Shown here: positions 55,657-64,000 of the stretch, one piece after another
Position numbering within the stretch: position 1 is the stretch's first letter
Layout: each line of letters starts with the position of its first letter
Assembly (NCBI GenBank): GCA_964252075.1
Contig: CAXULY010000017.1
Coordinates: forward strand, 18,728-82,727
Length of the DNA: 64,000 bases
Direction of reading: 5' to 3'
Origin: an uncultured Deinococcaceae bacterium
Lineage (GTDB): Bacteria; Deinococcota; Deinococci; Deinococcales; Deinococcaceae
Notes under the pieces: generated by a model
Databases searched by the model: none
What the model saw: the letters and a program-made list of their open reading frames with translations, nothing else
Told to the model about the DNA's origin: nothing
Program-made: the position numbers and the translations under genes

Positions 55657-56009
55657 TGGCGCGGCTCTCCACGCACGTGCTGGACACCGAGCGGGGTGGC
55701 CCGGCGGCGGGCGTGGCGCTCACCCTGCACCGGGTTGAGGGGAGCGCGCGGGTGGAGGTGGCGCGCGCCGTCACGAACGCGGACGGACGCACGGACGCGC
55801 CCCTGCTGTCCGGCGAGGCCATCCCGACGGGCGTGTACGAGCTGACCTTCGGGGCGGGCGCGTACCTGCGCGCCTCGGGCCGGGCACTGCCCGAACCGGC
55901 CTTTCTGGACGAGGTGGTGATCCGCTTCGGCGTGGCGGACGCGGGCGGGCACTACCACGTGCCGCTCCTGCTGAGCAGTCACGGGTACAGCACCTACCGC
56001 GGCAGCTGA
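55656..56009 (+). CDS. uraH: 5-hydroxyisourate hydrolase (transthyretin-like)
   Basis: LSTHVLD, TNADGRT, HYHVPLL and C-terminal YRGS. Confidence 0.95.
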   Translation: MARLSTHVLDTERGGPAAGVALTLHRVEGSARVEVARAVTNADGRTDAPLLSGEAIPTGVYELTFGAGAYLRASGRALPEPAFLDEVVIRFGVADAGGHYHVPLLLSSHGYSTYRGS

Positions 56010-56201
56010 ACGAATCGCTTGACGGCTGAGGCCGTGTCCCTGATGCTGGGGCATGGCCTTCCCCCCCTGGTGATCCCGCCAGGCCCACCCCCGTCCTGAC
56101 ACCGCTCAGGGCGGCGCTACTGCATGCACCGGCCTCTCCCCTCCCCAATCCGAACCGCTGACGGTCGCGTTCGGAGTTTCTGTGAGAGGGGAGTGCGGGT
56201 C

Positions 56202-57383
56202 ATGAAACGATGGAAGTACCGCCGCGCCGCGCTGACGTTCGCGGCCACGGCCCTGATGATTGAGGGGCTGGACGAACTGGTGGATGGGGTGAGTGGCGCC
56301 GCGTGGCCGCTGATCCGGGAGGACCTCACGCTGTCGTACGTGCAGATCGGGCTGCTGCTGAGCGCGCCCGCCCTGCTCGCGAACTTGATCGAGCCGCTGT
56401 TCGGGCTGCTCGCGGACCTCGGACGGCGCGGCCCGCTGGTGCGGGCGGGCGGCGTGGTGTACGGCGCCGCGATGGCCCTGACCGCCGCCGCGACGGGCTT
56501 CTGGCCCTTGATGTTCGCGCAGGTGCTGTACCACCCGGCGTCTGGGGCCTTCGTGAGCCTCACGCAGGCCGCCTGGATGGACGCGGAACCCGAGCGACGC
56601 GAGGTGAACATGGCGCGCTGGGTGGTGGCGGGTTCCGTGGGGAACGTGGTGGGGCCGCTCATGGTGGGCCTCGCGGTGACGCTGGGCCTGGGGTGGCGGC
56701 CCGTGTTCGCGCTGATGGCCACGCTGTTTGCAGTGGCGGTGATCGCTTCCTGGCGCGTGACTCCCGCGACCACGCCCGAGGAGGTCACTCCTGAAGCGCC
56801 GCCTCTGCCCATCGCGGCGCGCGACCTGCTAACCGCACTGCGCGTGCCGGACGTGTGGCGCGCCCTGTGGCTCCTGGAGGCCGCGAACCTCATGATGGAC
56901 GTGCTGCGCGGCTTCACGGCCCTGTACTTCGTGGATGTGGTGGGCACGGGCGAGGCAGGCGGCGCACTCGCGGTGGCGGTGCTGACCGGGGTGGGCCTCG
57001 TGGGGGACGCGCTGATGGTGCCGCTGCTGGCCCGCATGCCGGGCGTGCGCTGGCTGCGCCTGAGCGCCCTGGCGAGCGGCGTGGCCTACCCCGCCCTGCT
57101 GCTGCTGCCCCCCGTGGGCGTCAAGCTGGCCCTGCTGGGTTTGCTCGGGCTCCTGACATCCGGGTGGTACGCGGTGCTGCAGGCGCGCCTGTACGACAGC
57201 CTGCCGGGCCGCAGCGGCACCGCGATGGCGCTTGGAAGCATTTCAGGCATCCTGGGCGGCCTCGTACCCGTGGCGCTCGGAGCCCTCGCGGAGCGGTTCG
57301 GGCTGGGGAACGCGATGTGGGCGCTGCTGCTGGCGCCCGTGGCGCTGCTCGTCACCCTGCCGCGCGGGCGGGCTAGTACGTGA
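56202..57383 (+). CDS. MFS transporter
   Basis: About 12 TM segments; GLLADLGRR motif A; ATG follows GAGGGGAG (an in-frame upstream start exists at 56124). Confidence 0.85.
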   Translation: MKRWKYRRAALTFAATALMIEGLDELVDGVSGAAWPLIREDLTLSYVQIGLLLSAPALLANLIEPLFGLLADLGRRGPLVRAGGVVYGAAMALTAAATGFWPLMFAQVLYHPASGAFVSLTQAAWMDAEPERREVNMARWVVAGSVGNVVGPLMVGLAVTLGLGWRPVFALMATLFAVAVIASWRVTPATTPEEVTPEAPPLPIAARDLLTALRVPDVWRALWLLEAANLMMDVLRGFTALYFVDVVGTGEAGGALAVAVLTGVGLVGDALMVPLLARMPGVRWLRLSALASGVAYPALLLLPPVGVKLALLGLLGLLTSGWYAVLQARLYDSLPGRSGTAMALGSISGILGGLVPVALGALAERFGLGNAMWALLLAPVALLVTLPRGRAST

Positions 57384-58362
57384 GGACCGCGCCGCCCAGG
57401 CTGAAGCCCGCGCCCGTGCCCACCAGCAGCACCCGCTCGCCGCGCCGCAGGCGTCCGCCTGCGATGGCGTGGTGCAGCGTGAGGGGCAGGGACGCCGCCA
57501 CCACGTTCCCCAGCGTCTCCAGGGTGGTCACCACGCGGTCCTCTGGCCACCCGAAGCGCGAGAGCAGCTTCAGGCCCGCGAGGCTCGCCTGGTGCGGCAC
57601 CACCAGATCAATGCCGGGCAGACCCGCGGAGAGGCCCGGCCACAGGCGCTCCAGGAAGGCGGGGGCGTGCTCGCGCGCCATGCGCAGCACGCGCGGGCCG
57701 TCCATCTGGAAGGTGAAGTCCGTCAGCGGCACGTCCGCGTCGTGCGGGCTGCGGTGCGTGCCCCCGCCAGGAATCTGTGTGTGCCGCGCGCCCTCTGGGT
57801 ACGTTTCGAGGCGCGCGGCGCGCAGAGCGCTCCCCTCCCCGTCCGGCGTGCGCCCCACCACGACCGCCGCCGCGCCGTCCCCGATCAGTGTGAAGGCCTC
57901 TGGGCTGGCGGGGCTCAGCCCAACCGAACCGACCTCGCTCGACACGATGAGGATGCGTTCCGCCCTTCCGGTTGCCAGCAGGGACGCGGCGGTGTCGAGC
58001 GCCACCAGGAAGCTCAGGCAGGTGGCGTGTACGGAAAAGCCCGGCGTGCCGCTCAAGCCCAGTTCCGCCGCGATGAAGGCGCTGGTGTCCGGGATGGGTT
58101 GCTGCTGCGTGCCGCTCGCGTTCAGGATCAGGTCGAGGTCGGCCGCACGCAGCTCGGCGGCGGCGAGGGCCGCTTCACTCGCGCGGGCGGCCATGAAGGC
58201 GTTCGTCTCGCGCCTCGGGTCCACGCGGCGGCGCTCCCGCACCCCGCTGCGGCGCTCCGCCCACCCGGCAGGCCAACCGCACGCCGCCTCCGCCTCGGCG
58301 CTTGTCACCACGCGCTTTGGCAAATACTGCCCGCTGCCCAGGATTTTGATAGGGAGGTGCAT
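57373..58362 (-). CDS. 3-oxoacyl-ACP synthase III (FabH/OleA-like) family condensing enzyme
   Basis: Cys-His-Asn triad in HATCLSF, PHQAS and GNVVAAS; GDGAAA; GTGAG. Confidence 0.88.
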   Translation of the reverse strand: MHLPIKILGSGQYLPKRVVTSAEAEAACGWPAGWAERRSGVRERRRVDPRRETNAFMAARASEAALAAAELRAADLDLILNASGTQQQPIPDTSAFIAAELGLSGTPGFSVHATCLSFLVALDTAASLLATGRAERILIVSSEVGSVGLSPASPEAFTLIGDGAAAVVVGRTPDGEGSALRAARLETYPEGARHTQIPGGGTHRSPHDADVPLTDFTFQMDGPRVLRMAREHAPAFLERLWPGLSAGLPGIDLVVPHQASLAGLKLLSRFGWPEDRVVTTLETLGNVVAASLPLTLHHAIAGGRLRRGERVLLVGTGAGFSLGGAVLTY

Positions 58363-58594
58363 GTGCCCTCAGGGTAGCGCTCAAGCTCGGCCACAAAGAC
58401 CCAGGATGCCGAAGCCACCCATCACCCCCACCCTTTCAGCTCGCCCGAGCGGCGCGAGGGCCAACACCAAGGAAGCCTGCCACCCCTACCCGGCAATCGC
58501 CTGAGTGCAGCCGTGGGAGGAGTACCACGGGGTAGGGCCGGAAGCTACGCCCCTGCTTGCCCCTCACCGCATGCATGCTCAGCGCAGCGTCACT

Positions 58595-58640
58595 CCCCCT
58601 TGCCCCCTCTGGGGGTAAGGGGGCTGGGGGGATGGGGGCC
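58595..58640. repeat. REP-like palindromic element
   Basis: cccccttgccccc-tct-gggggtaaggggg stem followed by ctggggggatggggg, inside a 302-bp non-coding gap. Confidence 0.55.
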
Positions 58641-58664
58641 ACTCGCACCATAAGGCCCTGCCCC

Positions 58665-59789
58665 TCACAACCCGCGCCCTTCGATCACAGGCACCACCCA
58701 CCGCTCCATCAGTTCCCTCAGGGCCGCCCACGCCGCCCGCTGCGCCAAGGGCAGGTGACGCGTGTACACGAGGCTGTACTCCCTCACCGGCACGCCGCCC
58801 CGCGCCCGTTTGAACGCCCCCACCCCACCGCTGGCGTTCACGAGCAGCCCGGCGTCACGGGCGCCCTGCAGGGTGAGGGTGGTCAGGCGGACGTACAGGC
58901 CACGGGACCGCTCGGCCTGCGTGTCGTACCCGAATACGGGCTGGGTCAGTACGCCGCCGCGCTGCCAGCCGCCCGCCACGGCATCCAGCTGCCCATCCAA
59001 CGTGAGACCCGTGAAGGTGAGGAAGCGCTCGCGGTGCGCGTGCGTGAAGTACCGGTCGGTGAACTGCGGGTTGTGCGGGGAGTACTTGTGCAGGTAGAGG
59101 GCGTCGTACAGTGCTCGGGCGCGGCGCAGCTCGGCGGGACCGAAGACGTCGTGCTGCAGGGGCGTTTCGGGGGCGCGGCGCAGGCGGCGGGCGTCGTCCT
59201 GTAACTGGCGGGCCTGCCAGTAAGCAGTGGGGCGCGGGTCCTGGTAGTGGATGATGCGGCTGAACACTGGGCGGTACCCGAGTTGCGCGAGGGCGAAGAG
59301 GGTGCCGAGGTTGCGCGCGGCGTCCAGGGAGCGCCAGGCGATGGGGCGGTCCGGGAAGCGGTCGAGCAGCGTGGCGTGCGCGTTGCGGAGTTGCCGGGGG
59401 GTGAGGGGCGCGTGGAGGTTCGTGGAGGCGAGCCAGTTGTTCACGTACACGGCGCGGTCCATGCCCGCCCGGCTGAGCAGGTCACCGAGGACGGCCAGCG
59501 CGCCTTTCACGGTGCGCTCCAACACAGGCTGCTCCAACTTGTGGAGTTCTTCCGCGCCGTACAGAACGTAGTGCGTGAGCGGAGACACCACGTAGCTGTC
59601 GCCGGGCCGCGCGTCCCAGGTGAGGGGAATAATGGCCTCGCCGTCCGTGAGCACCGCGAGGCGCGCGTGAATGTTCGCCACGTAGGGCGTCACGCCTTCT
59701 AACAGGAGGGGCGTCAGGTACCGGCGGGCGAGGTCGCCGTCTGGAGTGGCGGGCCAGTCCACGTGGCCGGGGTCAAGGGCGAGCTTCAA
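58665..59789 (-). CDS. Hypothetical protein with a C-terminal GNAT/FemAB-like acyltransferase signature
   Basis: YVVSP, NNWLASTNL, LYLHKYS.HNPQFT, FGYD, NASGGVGAFKRARGG. Confidence 0.65.
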   Translation of the reverse strand: MKLALDPGHVDWPATPDGDLARRYLTPLLLEGVTPYVANIHARLAVLTDGEAIIPLTWDARPGDSYVVSPLTHYVLYGAEELHKLEQPVLERTVKGALAVLGDLLSRAGMDRAVYVNNWLASTNLHAPLTPRQLRNAHATLLDRFPDRPIAWRSLDAARNLGTLFALAQLGYRPVFSRIIHYQDPRPTAYWQARQLQDDARRLRRAPETPLQHDVFGPAELRRARALYDALYLHKYSPHNPQFTDRYFTHAHRERFLTFTGLTLDGQLDAVAGGWQRGGVLTQPVFGYDTQAERSRGLYVRLTTLTLQGARDAGLLVNASGGVGAFKRARGGVPVREYSLVYTRHLPLAQRAAWAALRELMERWVVPVIEGRGL

Positions 59790-61069
59790 GGGCCGCGCCA
59801 GTCGTTCTGCACGCGGCGCAGCTTGCGCGGGCCGGGCGTGAAGGCGTAGGGCGCAAAGGTCACGTGGACTTCCGCCACGCCGAGGCGGTCAAGTTCCGCG
59901 CGCAGGTGCCGGGTGGCGCGGGTGCGGTGCTCGGGCGTGTCGGGGCGCAGGGCGACCTCCAGGGCGTCCGGCCCGGTCTGGGTGGCGCGATACTCCTGCA
60001 GGGTGTCGTCGCTCATGAGGGCTCGGCGCAGGAAGTCCGGGAAGACTCGCACGCGGGCGTTAGAGTGTCCGGGCAGGTTCAGTACGTCGTCCGCGCGGCC
60101 CTCCACGCGCGCGAGGGCGAGTGCGGGCGAGTCACAGGGGCAGGGCGAGTCGAGAGGCACGAGCAGGTCGTTCAGGCGGTAGCGGACGATGGGCTGGGTG
60201 CGGCGCCGGAAGTCCGTCACGATGGGCTGCACGCGCCCCTCACCCGCGTCCTCGAACTGGAAGGCGACGTGCCGTTCGTTCAGGTGCAGGGTGCCGTGCG
60301 TGCAGGTGAAGCCCAGCAGGCCCTCCGTCGCCTGGTACACCTGCGCGATGGGCGCGAGACGGGCGCGGATGAACTGGGCGTCCTGGTCCTCCAGCACCTC
60401 CGCGACGGACACCGCGAGGCGCGGCGCGAGGCCGAGGTTCGCTTCCGCCAGCACCCGCAGGGCAGCGGGCGGCGCGACGATCACGGTGGGGTTCAGGGCG
60501 TGCAGGCGCACGAACTGTCCCTCCAGCGGCTGCAGCAGGTCGAAGAACTGAAAGTGCAGGCGGCGGGAGGCGACGCTGCCGTACAGGTTGCTGTTCGCGC
60601 GTAGGAAGAACGCGACGCGCTGCGGGGCGCCGAGGCCGCCGGGCAGCAGGTGGCGCAGGATCACGCCCGCCCAGCGCAGGCGTTCGGCCCGGCTCACGAG
60701 GAAGACCCCGCGCGCGCCGCTGGTGCCGCTGGAGAGGCCGACGGTGAGGCCGCGCCACTCGGGTTGGAAGTCGCGCTCCCGCTCGCCGCGCTCCGCGATG
60801 GCGAGCACGTCGGGGAGGCGGGCGCCCACGGTGTTCAGGTGGTCGAAGTGGCGCATCATGTCGGCCTTGTCGGTGGTCGGGAAGTGCCGCCAGTCGCGCA
60901 GGTCGAGGCCCGCCCAGCGCTCACGGTACAGAGGGCTGTGCGCACGCACCCAGGCGAGGTGGCGGCGCACCCGCGCGTCCTGCCACGCGAGGAGGGCGGC
61001 GCGGTCCCGCTGCGGGGGTCGGGTGGGCTCGCGCAGGTAGTGGGTGAGGACGGTCAGGGCGTCCATCAT
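59786..61069 (-). CDS. Adenylate-forming enzyme, F390-synthetase / phenylacetate-CoA-ligase-like
   Basis: GLSSGTSG loop, FFLRANSNLY, YQATEG, RYRLND, EGRADD. Confidence 0.85.
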   Translation of the reverse strand: MMDALTVLTHYLREPTRPPQRDRAALLAWQDARVRRHLAWVRAHSPLYRERWAGLDLRDWRHFPTTDKADMMRHFDHLNTVGARLPDVLAIAERGERERDFQPEWRGLTVGLSSGTSGARGVFLVSRAERLRWAGVILRHLLPGGLGAPQRVAFFLRANSNLYGSVASRRLHFQFFDLLQPLEGQFVRLHALNPTVIVAPPAALRVLAEANLGLAPRLAVSVAEVLEDQDAQFIRARLAPIAQVYQATEGLLGFTCTHGTLHLNERHVAFQFEDAGEGRVQPIVTDFRRRTQPIVRYRLNDLLVPLDSPCPCDSPALALARVEGRADDVLNLPGHSNARVRVFPDFLRRALMSDDTLQEYRATQTGPDALEVALRPDTPEHRTRATRHLRAELDRLGVAEVHVTFAPYAFTPGPRKLRRVQNDWRGP

Positions 61070-61884
61070 GGTTGGGGGTCGTGGCTGGCGTGGGCGCGCA
61101 CGTCCGGGTGGCGGCGCAGGAATTCGCTGAGCAGCCGGAAGCTGCGGCGCTCGGCCTGCGGGTCGCTGAAGGCGAGGGTGGCGAGGGGGTGCGGGGGTGC
61201 GCCTTCGCGCAGGGCGGCGGTGGACCAAGCGCCGTCCGCGAGGAGCAGGGCGCGTCCGGTGGGCGTGCGGATCACGAGGGCGATCTGGCCGGGCGCGTGA
61301 CCGGGGATGGGCACGGCCCAGGCACTGCCATCCCCGAAGAGGTCGTGGGCGCGCGTGAAGGGCGCGAGGTCGGGCGGGGTGGGCTGCCAGTCCTTGTCGC
61401 GCAGGGGTTCGGCGCGCAGGTCGAAGTCGGGGGGCAGCAGGTCGGGCAGATACGCGCGGCGCACGGCGCGCAGACCGGTGAGGCCGCGCAGGGCGAGGTG
61501 CGCTTCGGGTGCGAAGCGGAAGGTGGCGTTCGGGAAGTCGCGCAGGCCGCCCACGTGGTCCGCGTGGAAGTGCGAGACGATCACCTCGCGCACGGCCTCA
61601 GGAGAAATCCCCAGGGCCTGGAGGCGCGCGGCGGCGGAGTCCTGCGGCCCAATGCGCATGGGGGTCACGAGGGCATACAGGCGGGCGGGCCACGCGCGGC
61701 AGAGCGTGGCGACGCGGGGCGCGTAGCCGGTGTCGAACAGCACCGGGCCGCGTGTGGGGTGCTGGAGCAGCGCGAAGCCCGCTGGGTAGCGCATAGCCCG
61801 CCAGGGAGCGCCCCGGCGGGTGATCGCCTCCAGTTGAAGGCAGTGCCCGGCGCTCAGCCAGTGCAGGTTGAGGGTGGCGGGCAT
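61066..61884 (-). CDS. Metallo-beta-lactamase fold hydrolase
   Basis: LFDTGY, SHFHADHVGG (HxHxDH), DLFGDGS, PGHAPG, LADGAW, terminal SH. Confidence 0.9.
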   Translation of the reverse strand: MPATLNLHWLSAGHCLQLEAITRRGAPWRAMRYPAGFALLQHPTRGPVLFDTGYAPRVATLCRAWPARLYALVTPMRIGPQDSAAARLQALGISPEAVREVIVSHFHADHVGGLRDFPNATFRFAPEAHLALRGLTGLRAVRRAYLPDLLPPDFDLRAEPLRDKDWQPTPPDLAPFTRAHDLFGDGSAWAVPIPGHAPGQIALVIRTPTGRALLLADGAWSTAALREGAPPHPLATLAFSDPQAERRSFRLLSEFLRRHPDVRAHASHDPQP

Positions 61885-61964
61885 GGGTGCTCTCAGGCTA
61901 CGACACGGCGGGGGCTGTGAGCCGCGCACCCTTCTTAGTTGATGTATTTTGTACACTATATTTC

Positions 61965-63695
61965 ATGCGTTTCCGTTCCCTGCTCACCGCTGGCCTGCTC
62001 GTGACCCTCACCGCCGCGCAGGCGCAGTCCGTCAAGAACCCCGGCAGCCTCGTGTACCTCACGACCGGCGACTGGTCCGGCTTCGACCCCGCGCACACCT
62101 TCGACGGGTCCGGCATCGAGATCCTCAAGAACACCCTGGAGACCCTGTACCTCCCCAGGGGCGACAGCCCCAACACCTACGAGCCGCTCCTCGCGGTGGG
62201 GAACCCCGTCATCACGGACGGCGGCAGGACCTACACCATCCAGCTGAACCCCAAGGCGAAGTTCAGTGACGGCACGCCCGTCACCGCCGAGGACGTGCGC
62301 TACAGCATCATGCGCCAGCTCCTGATGAGCACCGACGACGGCCCCGCCAGCCTGCTGCTGGAGCCCCTCACGGGCAGCACCGCCCCCATCCAGGCGAGCG
62401 ACAAGGGTGCGTTTGCGCGCGTGAGCAAGGCCGTCACGGCGAAGGACGCGCACACCGTGGTGTTCCGCCTCGCGAAGCCCTTCTCGCCCTTCCAGGCGAT
62501 CCTCGCGAACCCCGTGGCGGACGTGTACAGCAAGGCCGCCGCGGTGAAGGCGGGCGCCTGGGACGGCAGCGAGGCCAGCTGGACGAAGTTCGTGAACCAG
62601 CCGCTCGCGGACTCCCCGTACCTGAACGCGCCGCCCGTGGGCAGCGCGCCCTTCGTGCTGAGCCGCTACGACAAGGGCAGCCAGATCATCCTGAAGCGCA
62701 ACGACAACTACTGGCGCGCGCCCGCCAAGCTGCAGAACATCGCCATCAAGTCCGTGAATGAGGCCTCGACCGCCGCGCAGCTCCTCAAGACCGGGGACGC
62801 CGACATGATCCACGTGGGCGTGTACCCGCGCACCCTGCTCGCGCAGATCAAGGGGCTGAAGAACCTGCGCGTGCAGGACCAGGTGGCGAGCCTCTCCATG
62901 CAGGGCGCGTTCATGAACTTCAAGGTGCGCGGCGGCAACCCGGACAACGTGCTGGGCAGCGCGAAGCTGGACGGCAAGGGCATCCCCGCGAACTTCTTCA
63001 GCGACATCAACGTCCGCAGGGCCTTCGCGGCGAGCTTCGACAGCGCCGGGTACATCCGCCAGCAGTTGCAGGGCGGCGGGCTGCAGGCGGGCGGCGCGCT
63101 CATCAAGGGCATCGCCGGGTACGACCCCAGCCTGAAGTACAAGTTCGACAAGGCCGCCGCCACGAACTTCTTCAAGAAGGCCTGGGGCGGGAAGCTGTGG
63201 CAGGTGGGCTTCACCATGCCGCTGGTGTGGGACAGCGGCAACGCCAATCACCAGCAGGCCGCGCTGCTCTTCAAGCGCAGCGTGGAGGCCCTGAACCCCA
63301 AGTTCCACATTGACGTGCGCGAGTTGCAGAACAGCGCGATCATCCAGGCGCGCAGCCAGGGGCAGCTGCCCATGTGGCTGGGCAGCTGGGGCGCGGATTA
63401 CGCCGACGCCTACAACTTCGCGCAGCCGCTGCTGGAGAGCAACGGCTTCTACCCGCAGCAGAACAGCTACAAGAACCCCAAGGTGGACGCCCTGATCGCC
63501 AAGGCGGTCGCCAGCACCAACCCCGCGACCAGCACCGGGCTGTACCGCCAGGCGCAGCAGCTGGGCTTCGGTGACGTGGCGTACCTGCCCATCTACCAGC
63601 CGGAGCACTTCTCGGCGGAGCAGACGTGGGTGAAGGGGCACGCCGTGAACCCCCTGTCGGGCTTCAGCGCGTACTTCTACCCCATCAGCAAGTAA
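61965..63695 (+). CDS. ABC transporter substrate-binding protein, family 5; orphan paralog of 37191..38915
   Basis: Signal peptide; DWSGFDPAH, KFSDGTPVTAEDV, DINVRRAFA; TACACT 7 nt before the ATG. Confidence 0.9.
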   Translation: MRFRSLLTAGLLVTLTAAQAQSVKNPGSLVYLTTGDWSGFDPAHTFDGSGIEILKNTLETLYLPRGDSPNTYEPLLAVGNPVITDGGRTYTIQLNPKAKFSDGTPVTAEDVRYSIMRQLLMSTDDGPASLLLEPLTGSTAPIQASDKGAFARVSKAVTAKDAHTVVFRLAKPFSPFQAILANPVADVYSKAAAVKAGAWDGSEASWTKFVNQPLADSPYLNAPPVGSAPFVLSRYDKGSQIILKRNDNYWRAPAKLQNIAIKSVNEASTAAQLLKTGDADMIHVGVYPRTLLAQIKGLKNLRVQDQVASLSMQGAFMNFKVRGGNPDNVLGSAKLDGKGIPANFFSDINVRRAFAASFDSAGYIRQQLQGGGLQAGGALIKGIAGYDPSLKYKFDKAAATNFFKKAWGGKLWQVGFTMPLVWDSGNANHQQAALLFKRSVEALNPKFHIDVRELQNSAIIQARSQGQLPMWLGSWGADYADAYNFAQPLLESNGFYPQQNSYKNPKVDALIAKAVASTNPATSTGLYRQAQQLGFGDVAYLPIYQPEHFSAEQTWVKGHAVNPLSGFSAYFYPISK

Positions 63696-63701
63696 GGGCA
63701 G

Positions 63702-63741
63702 GCAGCGGAGGGCCTCGGACACGTCCAAGGCCCTCCGCTGC
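63702..63741. terminator. Long hairpin after the SBP gene
   Basis: gcagcggagggcctcggac-ac-gtccaaggccctccgctgc with one mismatch. Confidence 0.65.
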
Positions 63742-64000
63742 TGCCACCATGTTGCTCAGGGAAGCCAATCACCCTGGCTCAGCACTTCCCGTTCCGCCGC
63801 GTGGACCGGATGGCCGTGATCGGCTCGTGCACGCGCCTGGAAGACTGGGGAGAACGCTTGTCGCAGGGTCGTGCAGCGCCATGTGCCCGTGACGCTCAGC
63901 GCCGACTTCGAGCCCGACCACCTACCGAATGCCGTTGAGGGGCTGGAATGAAGCGCCTTATGTTCCCCATGGAGAGGCGCCGCTCCCCAGGGTGGGCGTG

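Noticed and set aside
59786..61069. True coenzyme F390 synthetase or phenylacetate catabolism
   Set aside because: No F420 or paa genes are in context. The neighbourhood points to the uncharacterised adenylate-forming clade.
63745..64000. Terminal stretch; one minus-strand frame reads QPLNGIR*VVGLEVG, faintly like a CoA-transferase N-terminus, and another frame is open to the window edge
   Set aside because: Too short, and cut by the window boundary, so neither a gene nor a pseudogene call is supported.

Overview
High-GC chromosomal window, very probably from a Deinococcus-type bacterium (Deinococcota). This is inferred from the protein families, the cytochrome c-Rieske-cyt b operon with a PDWY motif, bacillithiol YpdA, and many genes with a TANNNT -10 box just before the start codon. 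The left and middle are mostly housekeeping: prmC-jag-yidC-yidD-rnpA-rpmH, rlmB, ABC exporters, mpg, a cytochrome bc operon, two convergent corA genes, xseAB, rplU-rpmA-obgE, yqeK-LCP-rsfS, rpoZ, coaBC, argR, a guanidine-III riboswitch with gdx/sugE, and ypdA. The right part holds a ~16 kb divergent purine-catabolism cluster: xdhABC, a nucleoside ABC importer, uraD, uricase, uraH, allB, allC, allE and a plant-type ureidoglycolate amidohydrolase. It also holds an uncharacterised four-gene MBL / adenylate-forming enzyme / GNAT-like / FabH-like cluster. Two paralogous orphan peptide-binding-protein genes bracket this region. Other notable items are an AT-rich membrane-protein gene beside a truncated aldo-keto reductase and a structured corA leader containing uORFs. 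No rRNA, tRNA, CRISPR array, transposase or integrase was recognised. All calls come from reading the sequence and remembered family motifs; no database searches were run.
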